Source: Oscillospiraceae bacterium (GTDB taxonomy: Bacteria; Bacillota; Clostridia; Oscillospirales; Ruminococcaceae). Taken from it: 64,000 nt of DNA. The position numbers and the translations under genes were made by a program. The DNA lies in contig JAZUSM010000119.1 of NCBI GenBank assembly GCA_045606725.1, forward strand, positions 41,491 to 105,490, read 5' to 3'. Shown piece after piece: positions 53,407-62,880 of the stretch (its first letter is position 1; every line of letters starts with the position of its first letter). The notes under the pieces were generated by a model. The model worked only from the letters and a program-made list of their open reading frames with translations. It did no database searches and had not been told where the DNA came from.

Positions 53407-55143
53407 TTACTTAAGGTACTTTGAAGCGTAAATCTGATATTTCTGCTTATAGTAAGAGCTTTCGGACTTCATCTCACGAACAGAGCGGTGCAAATCCATG
53501 TCAGCCGCATCAATTACGCAAGCTGCAATATTGGAACAATGGTCGGATGTACGTTCAAGGTTTGTCAGCAGGTCAGACCATACAAAGCCGCCTTCAATAC
53601 TGCAGTCGCCCTGCTGAAGTCGTTTTATATGATTTGTACGGAGCTGTTCCTTCATGGTGTCAATGATTTCTTCAAGCGGTTCAACATCTCTCGCTGCATC
53701 AAGGTCGTTGTCCGTAAACGCCTTGCAGGCAAGGTTGAGAATTTCGTTGACAGCTTCAGTAAGACGTGCAAGTTCTGATTTTGCAGCATCGGAAAGCATC
53801 ATTTTCTTTGATGCAAGTTCTTCTGCTGACTCAACAATATTCATACTATGGTCGGAAATTCTTTCAAAGTCACCGATAATTTTCAGCAGTTTTGCCGATT
53901 CATTACTTTCAGCGGCAGTAAGCTGTGCTGAACTTAATTTTACGATGTAACTTCCGATAATATCTTCATAGTGGTCAGTTTTTTCTTCATAAGCCTTGAT
54001 TCCATTTACAGATTCAAGGGAAAAATTATCAAGACAGTTGATTGCATCACTGATTGAAATAACAGCACATCTGCCCATATCTGAAGCAAGTGCATGACAG
54101 CGTTCAAGCGCAACAGACGGAGTAACAAGGAGTCTTTCATCAAGTTCTGCAATTTCCTCCGGCTGTTTTGTTTCCGGCACAAGCTTGTATACAAGCTTTT
54201 CAAGGAATGATGACATAGGAAGCAAAAGAATTGTACAAGCAATATTGAATGCAGAGTGAGCAACAGCAATTCCTGCAAGAGAAGCTGATTCATCAAAGAG
54301 TACTGGCTGAACAAGATATTTTACGATTGTAAACACTGTAAGCCATACTACCGTACCGATTACATTGAAGGAGAGATGTACAAGTGCTGCTCTTTTTGCA
54401 TTTTTATTTGTACCGAATGATGAAAGAAGAGCAGTAATACAGGTACCTATGTTCTGTCCCATAATAATAGGAATTGCTGCACCGTAAGAAACCTGTCCGG
54501 TTGCGGCAAGAGCCTGAAGTATACCTACAGAAGCGGAACTTGACTGAATAATCGCAGTAAGTATTGCGCCTGCAAGTACACCGAGAATCGGATTTTTGAA
54601 CATAACAAAAAGATTCTGAAATGCAGGAACATCAGCAAGACCTGAAACTGAATCCGTCATAATATCCATACCGAACATGAGCACTGCAAAACCGAGAAGA
54701 ATTGTTCCCGTATCCTTTTTCTTGTCACTTTTGCAGAACATATAGAAGATTATACCAACAAGTGCAAGAACAGGGGTAAATGACATAGGTTTAAGCAGCT
54801 GAAGCAGCAATGCATCACCTTCAATACCGCCAAGGCTTAAAATCCACGCTGTTACGGTTGTACCGATATTTGCGCCCATTATTACATTGATTGCCTGTTT
54901 AAGCGTCATAAGTCCTGAATTTACAAAGCCTACAACCATAACGGTTGTTGCAGATGAACTCTGAATAACTGATGTCACACCAAGACCTGTGAGAAGTCCT
55001 GCGGCTTTGTTTGTGGTAAGCTTTCCAAGGAGATACTGCAAGCTGTTGCCTGCACGTCTTTCAAGAGCCTGTCCCATAACATTCATTCCGAATAAGAACA
55101 GACAAAGTCCACCGATTAATGTCAGCACGTCAAAAATATCCAT
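53407..55143 (-). CDS. Na+/phosphate cotransporter family protein with C-terminal PhoU-like repeats
   Basis: 578 aa. The N-terminal half is polytopic with duplicated GxNIGTT(V/C)TA motifs (GANIGTTVTAW, GQNIGTCITAL). The C-terminal part, about 230 aa, is a helical PhoU-type domain. Confidence 0.85.
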   Translation of the reverse strand: MDIFDVLTLIGGLCLFLFGMNVMGQALERRAGNSLQYLLGKLTTNKAAGLLTGLGVTSVIQSSSATTVMVVGFVNSGLMTLKQAINVIMGANIGTTVTAWILSLGGIEGDALLLQLLKPMSFTPVLALVGIIFYMFCKSDKKKDTGTILLGFAVLMFGMDIMTDSVSGLADVPAFQNLFVMFKNPILGVLAGAILTAIIQSSSASVGILQALAATGQVSYGAAIPIIMGQNIGTCITALLSSFGTNKNAKRAALVHLSFNVIGTVVWLTVFTIVKYLVQPVLFDESASLAGIAVAHSAFNIACTILLLPMSSFLEKLVYKLVPETKQPEEIAELDERLLVTPSVALERCHALASDMGRCAVISISDAINCLDNFSLESVNGIKAYEEKTDHYEDIIGSYIVKLSSAQLTAAESNESAKLLKIIGDFERISDHSMNIVESAEELASKKMMLSDAAKSELARLTEAVNEILNLACKAFTDNDLDAARDVEPLEEIIDTMKEQLRTNHIKRLQQGDCSIEGGFVWSDLLTNLERTSDHCSNIAACVIDAADMDLHRSVREMKSESSYYKQKYQIYASKYLK

Positions 55144-55227
55144 AACTAAAACCCTTTCATAACTTAATCTACAAATTTATGGAATATGGCGTTGTTTTAC
55201 ATTCCGTTTTAAATTATAACAGCTAAT

Positions 55228-55247
55228 CGGCAAAGATGCGGCAAAGA
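55228..55247. promoter_or_regulatory. Tandem direct repeat CGGCAAAGA-tg-CGGCAAAGA (11-bp period), pho-box-like placement
   Basis: On the reverse strand it reads TCTTTGCCG-ca-TCTTTGCCG and ends 9 nt upstream of TATAAT (55218-55213) of the Na/Pi gene, where a -35 box would be. It also lies 27 nt upstream of the -35 box of the divergent two-component operon. Confidence 0.45.
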
Positions 55248-55273
55248 ATTGGCTATACAGGTATTTACGACTG

Positions 55274-55302
55274 TTGACAACAGTAATGCTTTGGATTATA
55301 AT
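55274..55302 (+). promoter_or_regulatory. SigA-type promoter of the histidine kinase/response regulator operon (TTGACA-17-TATAAT)
   Basis: TTGACA (55274-55279), 17-nt spacer, TATAAT (55297-55302). Confidence 0.6.
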
Positions 55303-55353
55303 TAACTCAACTTCCCAAAATTAATATTTCTTTCCAGAAATGAAAGGTACTAT

Positions 55354-56403
55354 ATGAATAATATCAAAGTCAGAATCAAGGACATTATTTTAGCTGTAGT
55401 TATTCTCGCAGCTGCTTTTTCAATAAATATGCTGATTAAAAAGATTTTCGGCACGGATTCTCTTATCCCGATGATATTCGTTCTCGGAATATTTCTTATC
55501 TCACTTAAAACCAACGGCTATGTTATTGGAATTGCTTCATCGGTAATAAGCGTTTTCGCTGTAAACTATGCGTTTACATTTCCGTATTATGCTTTTGACC
55601 TTATTTCTCCTGAATGCGTTTTTTCGGTAATTGTAATGATGATAATTGCAATAATGACCAGTGCACTTACTACACAGATAAAAGAACAGCAAAAGGCCTA
55701 TGCCGAAAGCGAAAAGGAGAAAATGCGTGCTAATCTTCTCAGAGGTATTTCCCATGATCTGCGCACGCCACTTACTTCGATATGCGGTTCAACATCTGCA
55801 ATTATAGAAAATTATGATATACTCAGCAAGAAACAGCAGATAAAACTTCTGAGTGAAATCCGTGAGGACTCAAAATGGCTGACCCGAATGGTTGAAAATC
55901 TTCTTTCGGTAACAAGAATTGACAGCGAAAAAGTTCAGGTAATAAAAACACCAACTGTACTTGAAGAACTTATTGATGCAGTTATTTTCAAATTCCATAA
56001 GCATTGCCCCGAACAGGAAGTTAGGGTTAGTATTCCCGACGAATTCATAAGTATTCCTATGGATGCATTGCTTATTGAACAGGTATTGATCAACATTCTG
56101 GAAAATGCTGTTTTTCATGCAGAGGGAATGACTGAGCTTTCTCTTAACGTCAAAACCAGAAACAACATTGCAATATTTGAAATTTCCGATAATGGCTGCG
56201 GTATTCCCAAAGAACGTCTTGAAAATCTTTTCAGCGGATATCTTGACAGGTCTGATATACCAACGGACGGTTCACGCAGCAATATGGGCATAGGCTTATC
56301 GGTATGCGCCTCTATCATTAATGCACATGGCGGCGCAATTTCAGCGCAGAATATCAAAAGCGGCGGAGCAGTATTCCGCTTTGAACTTGAAATGGAGGAA
56401 TAA
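55354..56403 (+). CDS. Sensor histidine kinase with a KdpD-C-terminal-like (DUF4118-type) membrane domain; lacks the KdpD N-terminal sensor domains
   Basis: 349 aa with 4 TM, then H-box GISHDLRTPLTSI and the ATPase boxes ILENAVFHA, DNGCGIP and GIGLSVC. Confidence 0.8.
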   Translation: MNNIKVRIKDIILAVVILAAAFSINMLIKKIFGTDSLIPMIFVLGIFLISLKTNGYVIGIASSVISVFAVNYAFTFPYYAFDLISPECVFSVIVMMIIAIMTSALTTQIKEQQKAYAESEKEKMRANLLRGISHDLRTPLTSICGSTSAIIENYDILSKKQQIKLLSEIREDSKWLTRMVENLLSVTRIDSEKVQVIKTPTVLEELIDAVIFKFHKHCPEQEVRVSIPDEFISIPMDALLIEQVLINILENAVFHAEGMTELSLNVKTRNNIAIFEISDNGCGIPKERLENLFSGYLDRSDIPTDGSRSNMGIGLSVCASIINAHGGAISAQNIKSGGAVFRFELEMEE

Positions 56404-56405
56404 TA

Positions 56406-57116
56406 TTGGGCAGCAACAAATATAAAATTCTTGTAATCGAAGATGAAGCAAATATCCTCAGCTTTGTTAAGACAATACTTGAAGCAAACAATTATCAGGT
56501 ACTTATGGGCAAAAGCTGCGGTGAAGGAAAGCTGATGTATTCGTCACATATGCCTGACCTTGTAATTCTTGATCTTGGTCTGCCTGATATGGACGGACTT
56601 GAATTCATTAAATATACACGTGACTTTTCTACTGTTCCTATTATTGTTCTTTCTGCAAGAACTCAGGAAAGCGACAAGGTTTCTGCTCTTGATCTGGGTG
56701 CTAATGATTACATAACAAAACCATTTGGCACAGAAGAACTTCTTGCCCGTGTAAGAGCAGCACTGAGGAACAGCCGTTACAGCGCAGAAAGCGGTATGCT
56801 TTCAGACGGCAAGTATGTCTTACACGACCTTGTAATTGATTATGACAAACGCTTGATAACTGTAGGTGGAAACGATGTTAAGCTGACACAAACTGAATAC
56901 AACATCGTTGCATATCTTTCAGCACACTCAGGAAAAGTTCTGACTTACGCAAGTATAATCCGTGCTATATGGGGCAGTTCAGATCCGGGAAGTATAAAAA
57001 AGCTTCAGGTAAATATGGCGAATATCCGCAAAAAGCTCGGCGCCAAACCGGGTGAAAACAAATATATTATCAATGAACTTGGTGTAGGCTACAGAATGTG
57101 TGAAGAAAACGAATGA
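56406..57116 (+). CDS. OmpR/PhoB-family response regulator (KdpE-like)
   Basis: The TTG start lies 6 nt after GGAGGA, which sits inside the kinase stop region. It has a REC domain (LVILDLGLPDMDG) and a winged helix (LGVGYRM). Confidence 0.85.
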   Translation: MGSNKYKILVIEDEANILSFVKTILEANNYQVLMGKSCGEGKLMYSSHMPDLVILDLGLPDMDGLEFIKYTRDFSTVPIIVLSARTQESDKVSALDLGANDYITKPFGTEELLARVRAALRNSRYSAESGMLSDGKYVLHDLVIDYDKRLITVGGNDVKLTQTEYNIVAYLSAHSGKVLTYASIIRAIWGSSDPGSIKKLQVNMANIRKKLGAKPGENKYIINELGVGYRMCEENE

Positions 57117-57117
57117 T

Positions 57118-57158
57118 AAATCCGTGTCTTATATAAAATAAGGCACGGATTTTTCTTT
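57118..57158 (+). terminator. Rho-independent terminator after the response regulator gene
   Basis: AAATCCGTGTCTTAT-ataaa-ATAAGGCACGGATTT followed by TTCTTTG. Confidence 0.8.
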
Positions 57159-57222
57159 GCTGAAACTTTACTTGAAAAATAATATAATTATAATATAATT
57201 TTCTTAAAAGGAGATATAATAA

Positions 57223-58152
57223 ATGGATTTGCTTTTTCAGATTTTACTGTTGGCAGCAGGTTTTGTAATGCTTATCAAAGGTGCAGACTGGTTCGTGGAC
57301 GGTGCATCGGGCATAGCAACAAAGTTCGGAATACCTCAGCTTGTAATCGGTCTTACAATCGTTGCAATGGGGACAAGTTCACCTGAAGCTGCAGTAAGTA
57401 TTTCTGCTGCAATAAACGGAAATGCTGATATTACCATAGGAAACATTGTCGGAAGCAACATTCTGAATATTTTTATCATTCTCGGTATTTCTGCAGTAAT
57501 AACAACTCTTGCAGTTGCAAAATCCACAATGAAGTACGAAACTCCGCTCATGATAGCAGTAACCTTGCTTCTGCTTTTACTTGGACTTGATGGAAAAATC
57601 GGACTTGTTGACGGAATAATTTTCATTGCAGCGTTTGCAGGATATATGGTTTATCTGTTCAAGATGGCTAAGGACAATATGGATGAACAGGCTGATGCGC
57701 CAAAAAAAGAAGTCAAAATCATAAAAGCAATCATCTTTACTGTACTGGGTCTTGCACTTATCGTTCTTGGCAGTAATATAACCGTTGATGCTGCGACAAA
57801 AATTGCCGAAGCATTCGGTGTGAGTGAACGCTTTATCGGTCTTACAATCGTAGCCCTCGGAACATCGCTTCCTGAACTTTTCACATCAGTTTCTGCTGCA
57901 AGAAAGGGCAATGCAGATATTGCTATCGGTAATATTGTAGGAAGCAACATCTTCAATATCCTTTTTGTAGTAGGTATTTCAGCAGTTATTGTTCCTGTAC
58001 CGTTTGCAAGCAATTTCATCTTTGATACAATTGTTGCAATAATCGCTGCAGTCATGCTTCTGGTTTGCTGTCTTAAAACAAAATCCCTCAAACGCTGGGC
58101 AGGCATACTTATGCTTATCAGCTACGCTGTATATTTTGCAATGATTCTTTGA
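57223..58152 (+). CDS. CaCA-family cation/Ca2+ antiporter (YrbG-like)
   Basis: 309 aa with two alpha-repeats: GTSSPEAAVSI...GNIVGSNILNI and GTSLPELFTSV...GNIVGSNIFNI. Confidence 0.88.
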   Translation: MDLLFQILLLAAGFVMLIKGADWFVDGASGIATKFGIPQLVIGLTIVAMGTSSPEAAVSISAAINGNADITIGNIVGSNILNIFIILGISAVITTLAVAKSTMKYETPLMIAVTLLLLLLGLDGKIGLVDGIIFIAAFAGYMVYLFKMAKDNMDEQADAPKKEVKIIKAIIFTVLGLALIVLGSNITVDAATKIAEAFGVSERFIGLTIVALGTSLPELFTSVSAARKGNADIAIGNIVGSNIFNILFVVGISAVIVPVPFASNFIFDTIVAIIAAVMLLVCCLKTKSLKRWAGILMLISYAVYFAMIL

Positions 58153-58178
58153 TAACAGTTTTAAGTATACAATTCAAT

Positions 58179-58217
58179 CGCCGTGGTTTCCTAATTCGGA
58201 ACTACGGCGTTTTTTTA
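58179..58217 (+). terminator. Rho-independent terminator after the antiporter gene
   Basis: CGCCGTGGTTTCC-taattc-GGAACTACGGCG followed by TTTTTTT. Confidence 0.8.
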
Positions 58218-58304
58218 GATAATAATTATCCGAAGTCAGGTGCATTACACTCAGCCGACTTTCCTGAAATGTCACGGAATTGATATGTTTACATATGACA
58301 GTCC

Positions 58305-58333
58305 TTGCAATTACTGCCGCCAAATGATATAAT
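58305..58333 (+). promoter_or_regulatory. SigA-type promoter of the Bce-like regulator/kinase operon (TTGCAA-17-TATAAT)
   Basis: TTGCAA (58305-58310), 17-nt spacer, TATAAT (58328-58333). Confidence 0.55.
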
Positions 58334-58335
58334 AC

Positions 58336-58347
58336 TGTCATATGACA
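58336..58347. promoter_or_regulatory. Perfect 12-bp palindrome TGTCATATGACA overlapping the predicted transcription start
   Basis: Begins 3 nt after the -10 box. A 9-nt copy of its right part (CATATGACA) occurs at 58292-58300, just upstream of the -35 box. Confidence 0.35.
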
Positions 58348-58363
58348 TAAAGGAGTATTGAAA

Positions 58364-59038
58364 ATGTATCGTATATTTATTGTTGAGGACGATGAGGGAA
58401 TTTCTTCAGCTGTTCAGAAGCATCTCGGAAGCTGGGGTTATGAAGTAAAATGTGCCGGGGACTTCAGCAACGTAATTTCCGAATTCAACAGCTTTGAGCC
58501 GCACATTGTTCTTATGGATATATCTCTGCCGTTTTACAACGGTTTTTACTGGTGCGGTGAAATCCGCAAAAACTCAAAGGTTCCGCTTGTGTTCATTTCC
58601 TCACAATCGGACAATATGAATATTATTACTGCAATGAATATGGGCGGCGATGATTTCATTGCAAAGCCCTTTGACCTGACTGTGCTTATGGCGAAAATTC
58701 AGGCAATCCTCCGCAGGACATATGATTTCGGCACGATTGAGGCGTTGCTGTCACACAACGGCGCTGTTCTGAACAGTGATGACGCTACACTTATATATAA
58801 TGGTGAAAAGATCGACCTTACAAAGAATGAATACCGTATTTTACAGCTCCTTCTTGAAAAGAAAGGTATAATTGTAAGCCGTGAACTGCTTATGGAAAAG
58901 CTTTGGGAAACGGATTGCTTCGTTGACGAAAATACTCTTACTGTAAACGTAACACGGCTTCGTAAAAAGCTTGAAAAATATGGTCTTACCGATTTTATCA
59001 CGACTAAAGTCGGAATAGGTTATTTCATAGGTGAATGA
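58364..59038 (+). CDS. OmpR-family response regulator, BceR-like
   Basis: Track start TTG 58358 is 2 nt from AGGAG, whereas ATG 58364 (MYRIFIVEDD) has 8-nt spacing. It has a REC domain and a winged helix. Confidence 0.88.
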   Translation: MYRIFIVEDDEGISSAVQKHLGSWGYEVKCAGDFSNVISEFNSFEPHIVLMDISLPFYNGFYWCGEIRKNSKVPLVFISSQSDNMNIITAMNMGGDDFIAKPFDLTVLMAKIQAILRRTYDFGTIEALLSHNGAVLNSDDATLIYNGEKIDLTKNEYRILQLLLEKKGIIVSRELLMEKLWETDCFVDENTLTVNVTRLRKKLEKYGLTDFITTKVGIGYFIGE

Positions 59039-59039
59039 T

Positions 59040-60029
59040 ATGAAGATGCTGCTTGAATATCTGAAGCTGCGCTGGAAAACAGCTTTGTACGTACTGATTT
59101 TCTGCGCAGTGCAGGCTGTGGTATATACGCTTTATCAGCTTCCCTCCGAGGCGGTATGGTACGCAGGAGCAATTTGCATTTTTATAGGAGCAATTCTTGT
59201 TGTTCCTGACTTTTTACGATTCCGCAGACGTCACATTACGCTTACAAGACTTATTGAGGAAATTTCTCTGACAGCGGATAATCTCCCTGCTGGCAGTAAT
59301 CTTATCGAATACGACCTGAATATGCTGATACAAAAGCTTTCTGCGGACAAGAAGCTGCTTTCCGATGAAATGAACGGCAGAAACAAGGAAATGAGCGAAT
59401 ATTACTCAATGTGGGCACATCAGATAAAGACACCTATTGCGGCAATGAAGCTTGCTTTGCAAAGTGAAGACTCACCGTTAAGCCGTGAGCTTTCGGAGGA
59501 TTTGCAGAGAATTGAACAATACGTCGATATGGTTATGTGCTATATACGCCTTGACAGCACGTCAGGCGATTTTGTAATACGCAGATATCAGCTTGATGAC
59601 ATTATAAAGCAATCGGTAAAAAAATTCTCACGTCAGTTTATACGGAAGAAAATACGTCTTATATATGAGCCTGTAGAGTGCGAGGTGCTTACCGATGAAA
59701 AATGGATTTCATTTGTTGTTGAACAGATTGTTTCCAATGCTTTGAAATACACTAAAAGCGGAAGTATTGAAATTTTTCTTGAAGAGCCGAAAACTCTTTG
59801 TATCCGTGATACAGGAATAGGAATTGCCCCTGAGGATTTACCGAGAATTTTTGAACAGGGTTACACCGGCTACAACGGACGTGCTGACAAAAAGGCAAGC
59901 GGAATAGGACTTTATCTTTGCAAAAGAATCTGCAAACGGCTTAAACACGGTATTTCTGCCGAATCTGAAATCGGCGGAGGTACAACTATAAGGCTTCATC
60001 TTGAGGAAACAGAAATCGGAATTGAATGA
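59040..60029 (+). CDS. Intramembrane-sensing histidine kinase, BceS-like
   Basis: Start chosen as ATG 59040 (AGGTGA 5 nt upstream); GTG 59031 is the alternative. Two N-terminal TM helices are joined by a loop of about 6 aa with no extracellular domain. H-box WAHQIKTPIAAM and an ATPase domain are present. Confidence 0.85.
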   Translation: MKMLLEYLKLRWKTALYVLIFCAVQAVVYTLYQLPSEAVWYAGAICIFIGAILVVPDFLRFRRRHITLTRLIEEISLTADNLPAGSNLIEYDLNMLIQKLSADKKLLSDEMNGRNKEMSEYYSMWAHQIKTPIAAMKLALQSEDSPLSRELSEDLQRIEQYVDMVMCYIRLDSTSGDFVIRRYQLDDIIKQSVKKFSRQFIRKKIRLIYEPVECEVLTDEKWISFVVEQIVSNALKYTKSGSIEIFLEEPKTLCIRDTGIGIAPEDLPRIFEQGYTGYNGRADKKASGIGLYLCKRICKRLKHGISAESEIGGGTTIRLHLEETEIGIE

Positions 60030-60030
60030 C

Positions 60031-60046
60031 CTTACAAAAATGTAAG
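60031..60046 (+). promoter_or_regulatory. Predicted BceR-type binding site: inverted repeat CTTACA-aaaa-TGTAAG
   Basis: Perfect 6-4-6 inverted repeat fitting the TNACA-N4-TGTAA pattern that I recall for BceR-like regulators. An extra TGTAAG half-site lies at 60062-60067. A TATAAT at 60100-60105 has a poor -35 box (TGGCGG), as expected for an activator-dependent promoter. Confidence 0.55.
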
Positions 60047-60139
60047 ATTAAGACGGGAAAATGTAAGCCGAATCTATGGCGGATGTTTTCCCGTTTTGCT
60101 ATAATATAGACATAATCAATACGAAAGGAACAAACAACT

Positions 60140-60901
60140 ATGCCAATTCTTGAAGTTAAAAGCGTTAAAAAAATATACACAACCCGTTTCGGAGGTGCAA
60201 AAATCGAGGCACTCAAGGACGTCAATTTTGAAGTAGAAAACGGTGAATATATTGCAATTATGGGTGAAAGCGGCTCAGGAAAGACAACTCTCCTCAACAT
60301 CATCGCTTCCCTTGACAAGCCAACAGGCGGAAGCGTAACGCTTGACGGAAAGGATTTTTCGGGAATCAAGGAATCACAGATTGCTGAGTTCAGACGCGAT
60401 AACCTTGGTTTTGTTTTTCAGGATTTCAACCTGCTCGATACATTTACACTCCGTGACAACATCATGCTTCCCCTTGTGCTTATGGGTATGAAGTATGAAG
60501 AAATGAACAGCCGTGCGGTTGCTGTTGCTGAAAAGCTTGGTATTGCAGAATTGCTCGACAAATATCCCTATGAGGTATCAGGCGGTCAGAAACAGCGTGC
60601 CGCTTCAGCAAGAGCGATGATTACCAATCCAAAGCTTATTCTTGCTGACGAACCGACAGGCGCACTTGATTCAAAGTCATCTGATGAGCTTTTAAAGCTG
60701 TTCACTGAAATCAACAACGAGGGACAGACAATTCTTATGGTTACCCATTCGGTAAAAGCGGCAAGCCACGCAAACCGTATTCTTTTCATCAAGGACGGCG
60801 AGGTGTTCCACCAGATTTACCGCGGCAATTCCACCAACGAAGAACTGTTCCAGAAAATATCCGACTCTCTCTCACTTCTTGCATCAGGAGGCAACGCATA
60901 A
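60140..60901 (+). CDS. ABC transporter ATP-binding protein, BceA-like
   Basis: 253 aa with Walker A GESGSGKTT, signature SGGQKQR and Walker B ILADEPT. Confidence 0.9.
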   Translation: MPILEVKSVKKIYTTRFGGAKIEALKDVNFEVENGEYIAIMGESGSGKTTLLNIIASLDKPTGGSVTLDGKDFSGIKESQIAEFRRDNLGFVFQDFNLLDTFTLRDNIMLPLVLMGMKYEEMNSRAVAVAEKLGIAELLDKYPYEVSGGQKQRAASARAMITNPKLILADEPTGALDSKSSDELLKLFTEINNEGQTILMVTHSVKAASHANRILFIKDGEVFHQIYRGNSTNEELFQKISDSLSLLASGGNA

Positions 60902-62868
60902 TGAAGGCACTCACTTTATACCCTAAGCTTACAATAAATGGTATCAGCAAAAACCGTCAGGCATATATCCCTTATATCCTTACTTGTGTTGGTATGGTAA
61001 TGATGTTCTACATTGTTTCTTTCCTTTCCAAAAGTGACTTTGTAGCAAACATGCCTGGCGGAGATACAATGAAACTGCTTCTCACATTCGGTTGTGTAAT
61101 CCTCGTACTTTTCTCTGCTATCTTCCTTTTCTACACAAACTCCTTCCTTATCAAAAGCAGAAAAAAAGAACTTGGTCTTTACAATATCCTTGGCATGAGC
61201 AAGAAAAACATTGCCGCTGTTATGCTGTGGGAAAGTGTTATTGTTTACGCAATTTCTACTGTTGCAGGAATTCTTTGCGGTGTCCTCTTTTCCAAGGCTG
61301 CTGAACTTCTTGTTACAAATCTTCTCAAGGGGAGCGTGAATTACGCTTTTTCAATCAACCCTGCTTCAATCACTCAGACACTTTTCTGGTTTGCAATAAT
61401 TTTCGTGCTTATCCTTATCAATTCTCTCAGACAGGTACACAAAGCAAGTCCTGTTGAGCTTCTCAGAAGCGAAAACACAGGCGACAAGCAGGCACCTAAA
61501 CTTAACATCATCAAGACTGTTACAGGTATAATTCTTCTCGTGATTGCGTATACAATCGCTTTGACTGTCAAAAACCCACTTTCAGCGGCAGGTATGTTCC
61601 TGCTTGCTGTAGGACTTGTTATGATTGCAACAGAATTTCTTTTCACAGCAGGCTCCGTTGCACTTTGCAAGCTGCTTCAGAAAAACAAGAAATATTACTA
61701 CAAGACAAATCACTTCGTATCCGTTTCACAGATGGTTTTCCGTATGAACAGAAACGGAAGCGGTCTTTCTAATATCTGTATTCTTTCAACAATGGTGCTT
61801 GTTACTCTTACAGCTACAATCAGCCTTTATGCAGGCGAGGAGGACACACTCAATTCAACTTTCCCTCATCAGATTTCCATTCAGACAGCATCTGAAAACG
61901 ACAGCAATTTTGAAAATGTCCGTGCAGAAGTTGAAAAAATCATTGCTGAAAATGGTGTTATTCCTGTAAATTCAATCAGCTACAACTATTTTACATCAGG
62001 TGCAATAATTGACGGAAGCAACGCTGTTTCAGACTACCTCAAAGGACTTTCCACAGGCAGCTCTGATATACGCATAATAACAGTTATTCCTGTTGAATAC
62101 TATAATCTTTACACTGGTAGAAATATCGTCCTTGCTGACAATGAAGCTGTGATTGTCTGTGAAAGAGCGGACTACGCACACAGCACAATCAGTTTTGATG
62201 GCGAAAATGAATTGTCCATAACTGCTAAGGCTGAAGATTTTCCTGTTGTATCCGCTGCTGATATGCAGGTATATCCGTCAATGGCTGTATTCGTAAAGGA
62301 TATGGATACTGTAAAAGCAATCGCAGGTGAAAGCGGCGTACTCGGCAGTTACTACGGCTTTGACCTTGCAGAAGATGATGACACTCAGATAAAGCTTGCA
62401 GAAGTATTGTCAGGCATTGAATCAGAAGCAAGCATTACTGTACGCAGCAAGGCTTTTGAAGGTCATGAATTCTACGCAACATTCGGCGGCTTTTTCTTCC
62501 TCGGTATCGTACTCGGTTCAATCTTCCTTTGTGCTGCCGTTCTTATCATGTACTACAAGCAGATTTCTGAGGGCTTTGAAGACAAGGAACGTTTTGAAAT
62601 TCTCCGCAAGGTCGGCATGACCAAAGAGGAAATCAAGCAGTCCATCAACTCTCAGGTGCTTACAGTTTTCTTTGCGCCACTCGTCACTGCGGCAATTCAT
62701 ACTATGTTTGCACTTCCTATTATTCTTCGTCTGCTTTCGCTTTTCGGTTTTGTAAATGCACCCCTTTTCCTGATGGTTGCAGGAATATGCATTGTAATTT
62801 TTGCGGTAATTTACATCACCGCTTATGTGATTACAGCGAAAAGTTACTACAAAATTGTAAGTGAATAA
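60901..62868 (+). CDS. FtsX-type ABC permease, BceB-like (10 TM with a large extracellular loop)
   Basis: 655 aa. The ATG overlaps the bceA-like stop (TAATG). An extracellular segment of about 200 aa (about aa 300-510) lies between TM clusters. Confidence 0.88.
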   Translation: MKALTLYPKLTINGISKNRQAYIPYILTCVGMVMMFYIVSFLSKSDFVANMPGGDTMKLLLTFGCVILVLFSAIFLFYTNSFLIKSRKKELGLYNILGMSKKNIAAVMLWESVIVYAISTVAGILCGVLFSKAAELLVTNLLKGSVNYAFSINPASITQTLFWFAIIFVLILINSLRQVHKASPVELLRSENTGDKQAPKLNIIKTVTGIILLVIAYTIALTVKNPLSAAGMFLLAVGLVMIATEFLFTAGSVALCKLLQKNKKYYYKTNHFVSVSQMVFRMNRNGSGLSNICILSTMVLVTLTATISLYAGEEDTLNSTFPHQISIQTASENDSNFENVRAEVEKIIAENGVIPVNSISYNYFTSGAIIDGSNAVSDYLKGLSTGSSDIRIITVIPVEYYNLYTGRNIVLADNEAVIVCERADYAHSTISFDGENELSITAKAEDFPVVSAADMQVYPSMAVFVKDMDTVKAIAGESGVLGSYYGFDLAEDDDTQIKLAEVLSGIESEASITVRSKAFEGHEFYATFGGFFFLGIVLGSIFLCAAVLIMYYKQISEGFEDKERFEILRKVGMTKEEIKQSINSQVLTVFFAPLVTAAIHTMFALPIILRLLSLFGFVNAPLFLMVAGICIVIFAVIYITAYVITAKSYYKIVSE

Positions 62869-62880
62869 TATAAACACAAT

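Noticed and set aside
55354-57116. Calling the two-component system kdpD/kdpE.
   Set aside because: The kinase lacks the N-terminal KdpD/Usp sensor half and no kdpFABC genes are in the window. Only KdpD-C-terminal-like architecture is supported.
60052-60097. Hairpin ACGGGAAAA...TTTTCCCGT followed by TTTG between the Bce-like kinase and ATPase genes, as a terminator.
   Set aside because: The loop is about 27 nt and the T-run is short. It also overlaps the predicted regulator half-site and the -35 region. It may be a weak terminator but is not reportable as a feature.
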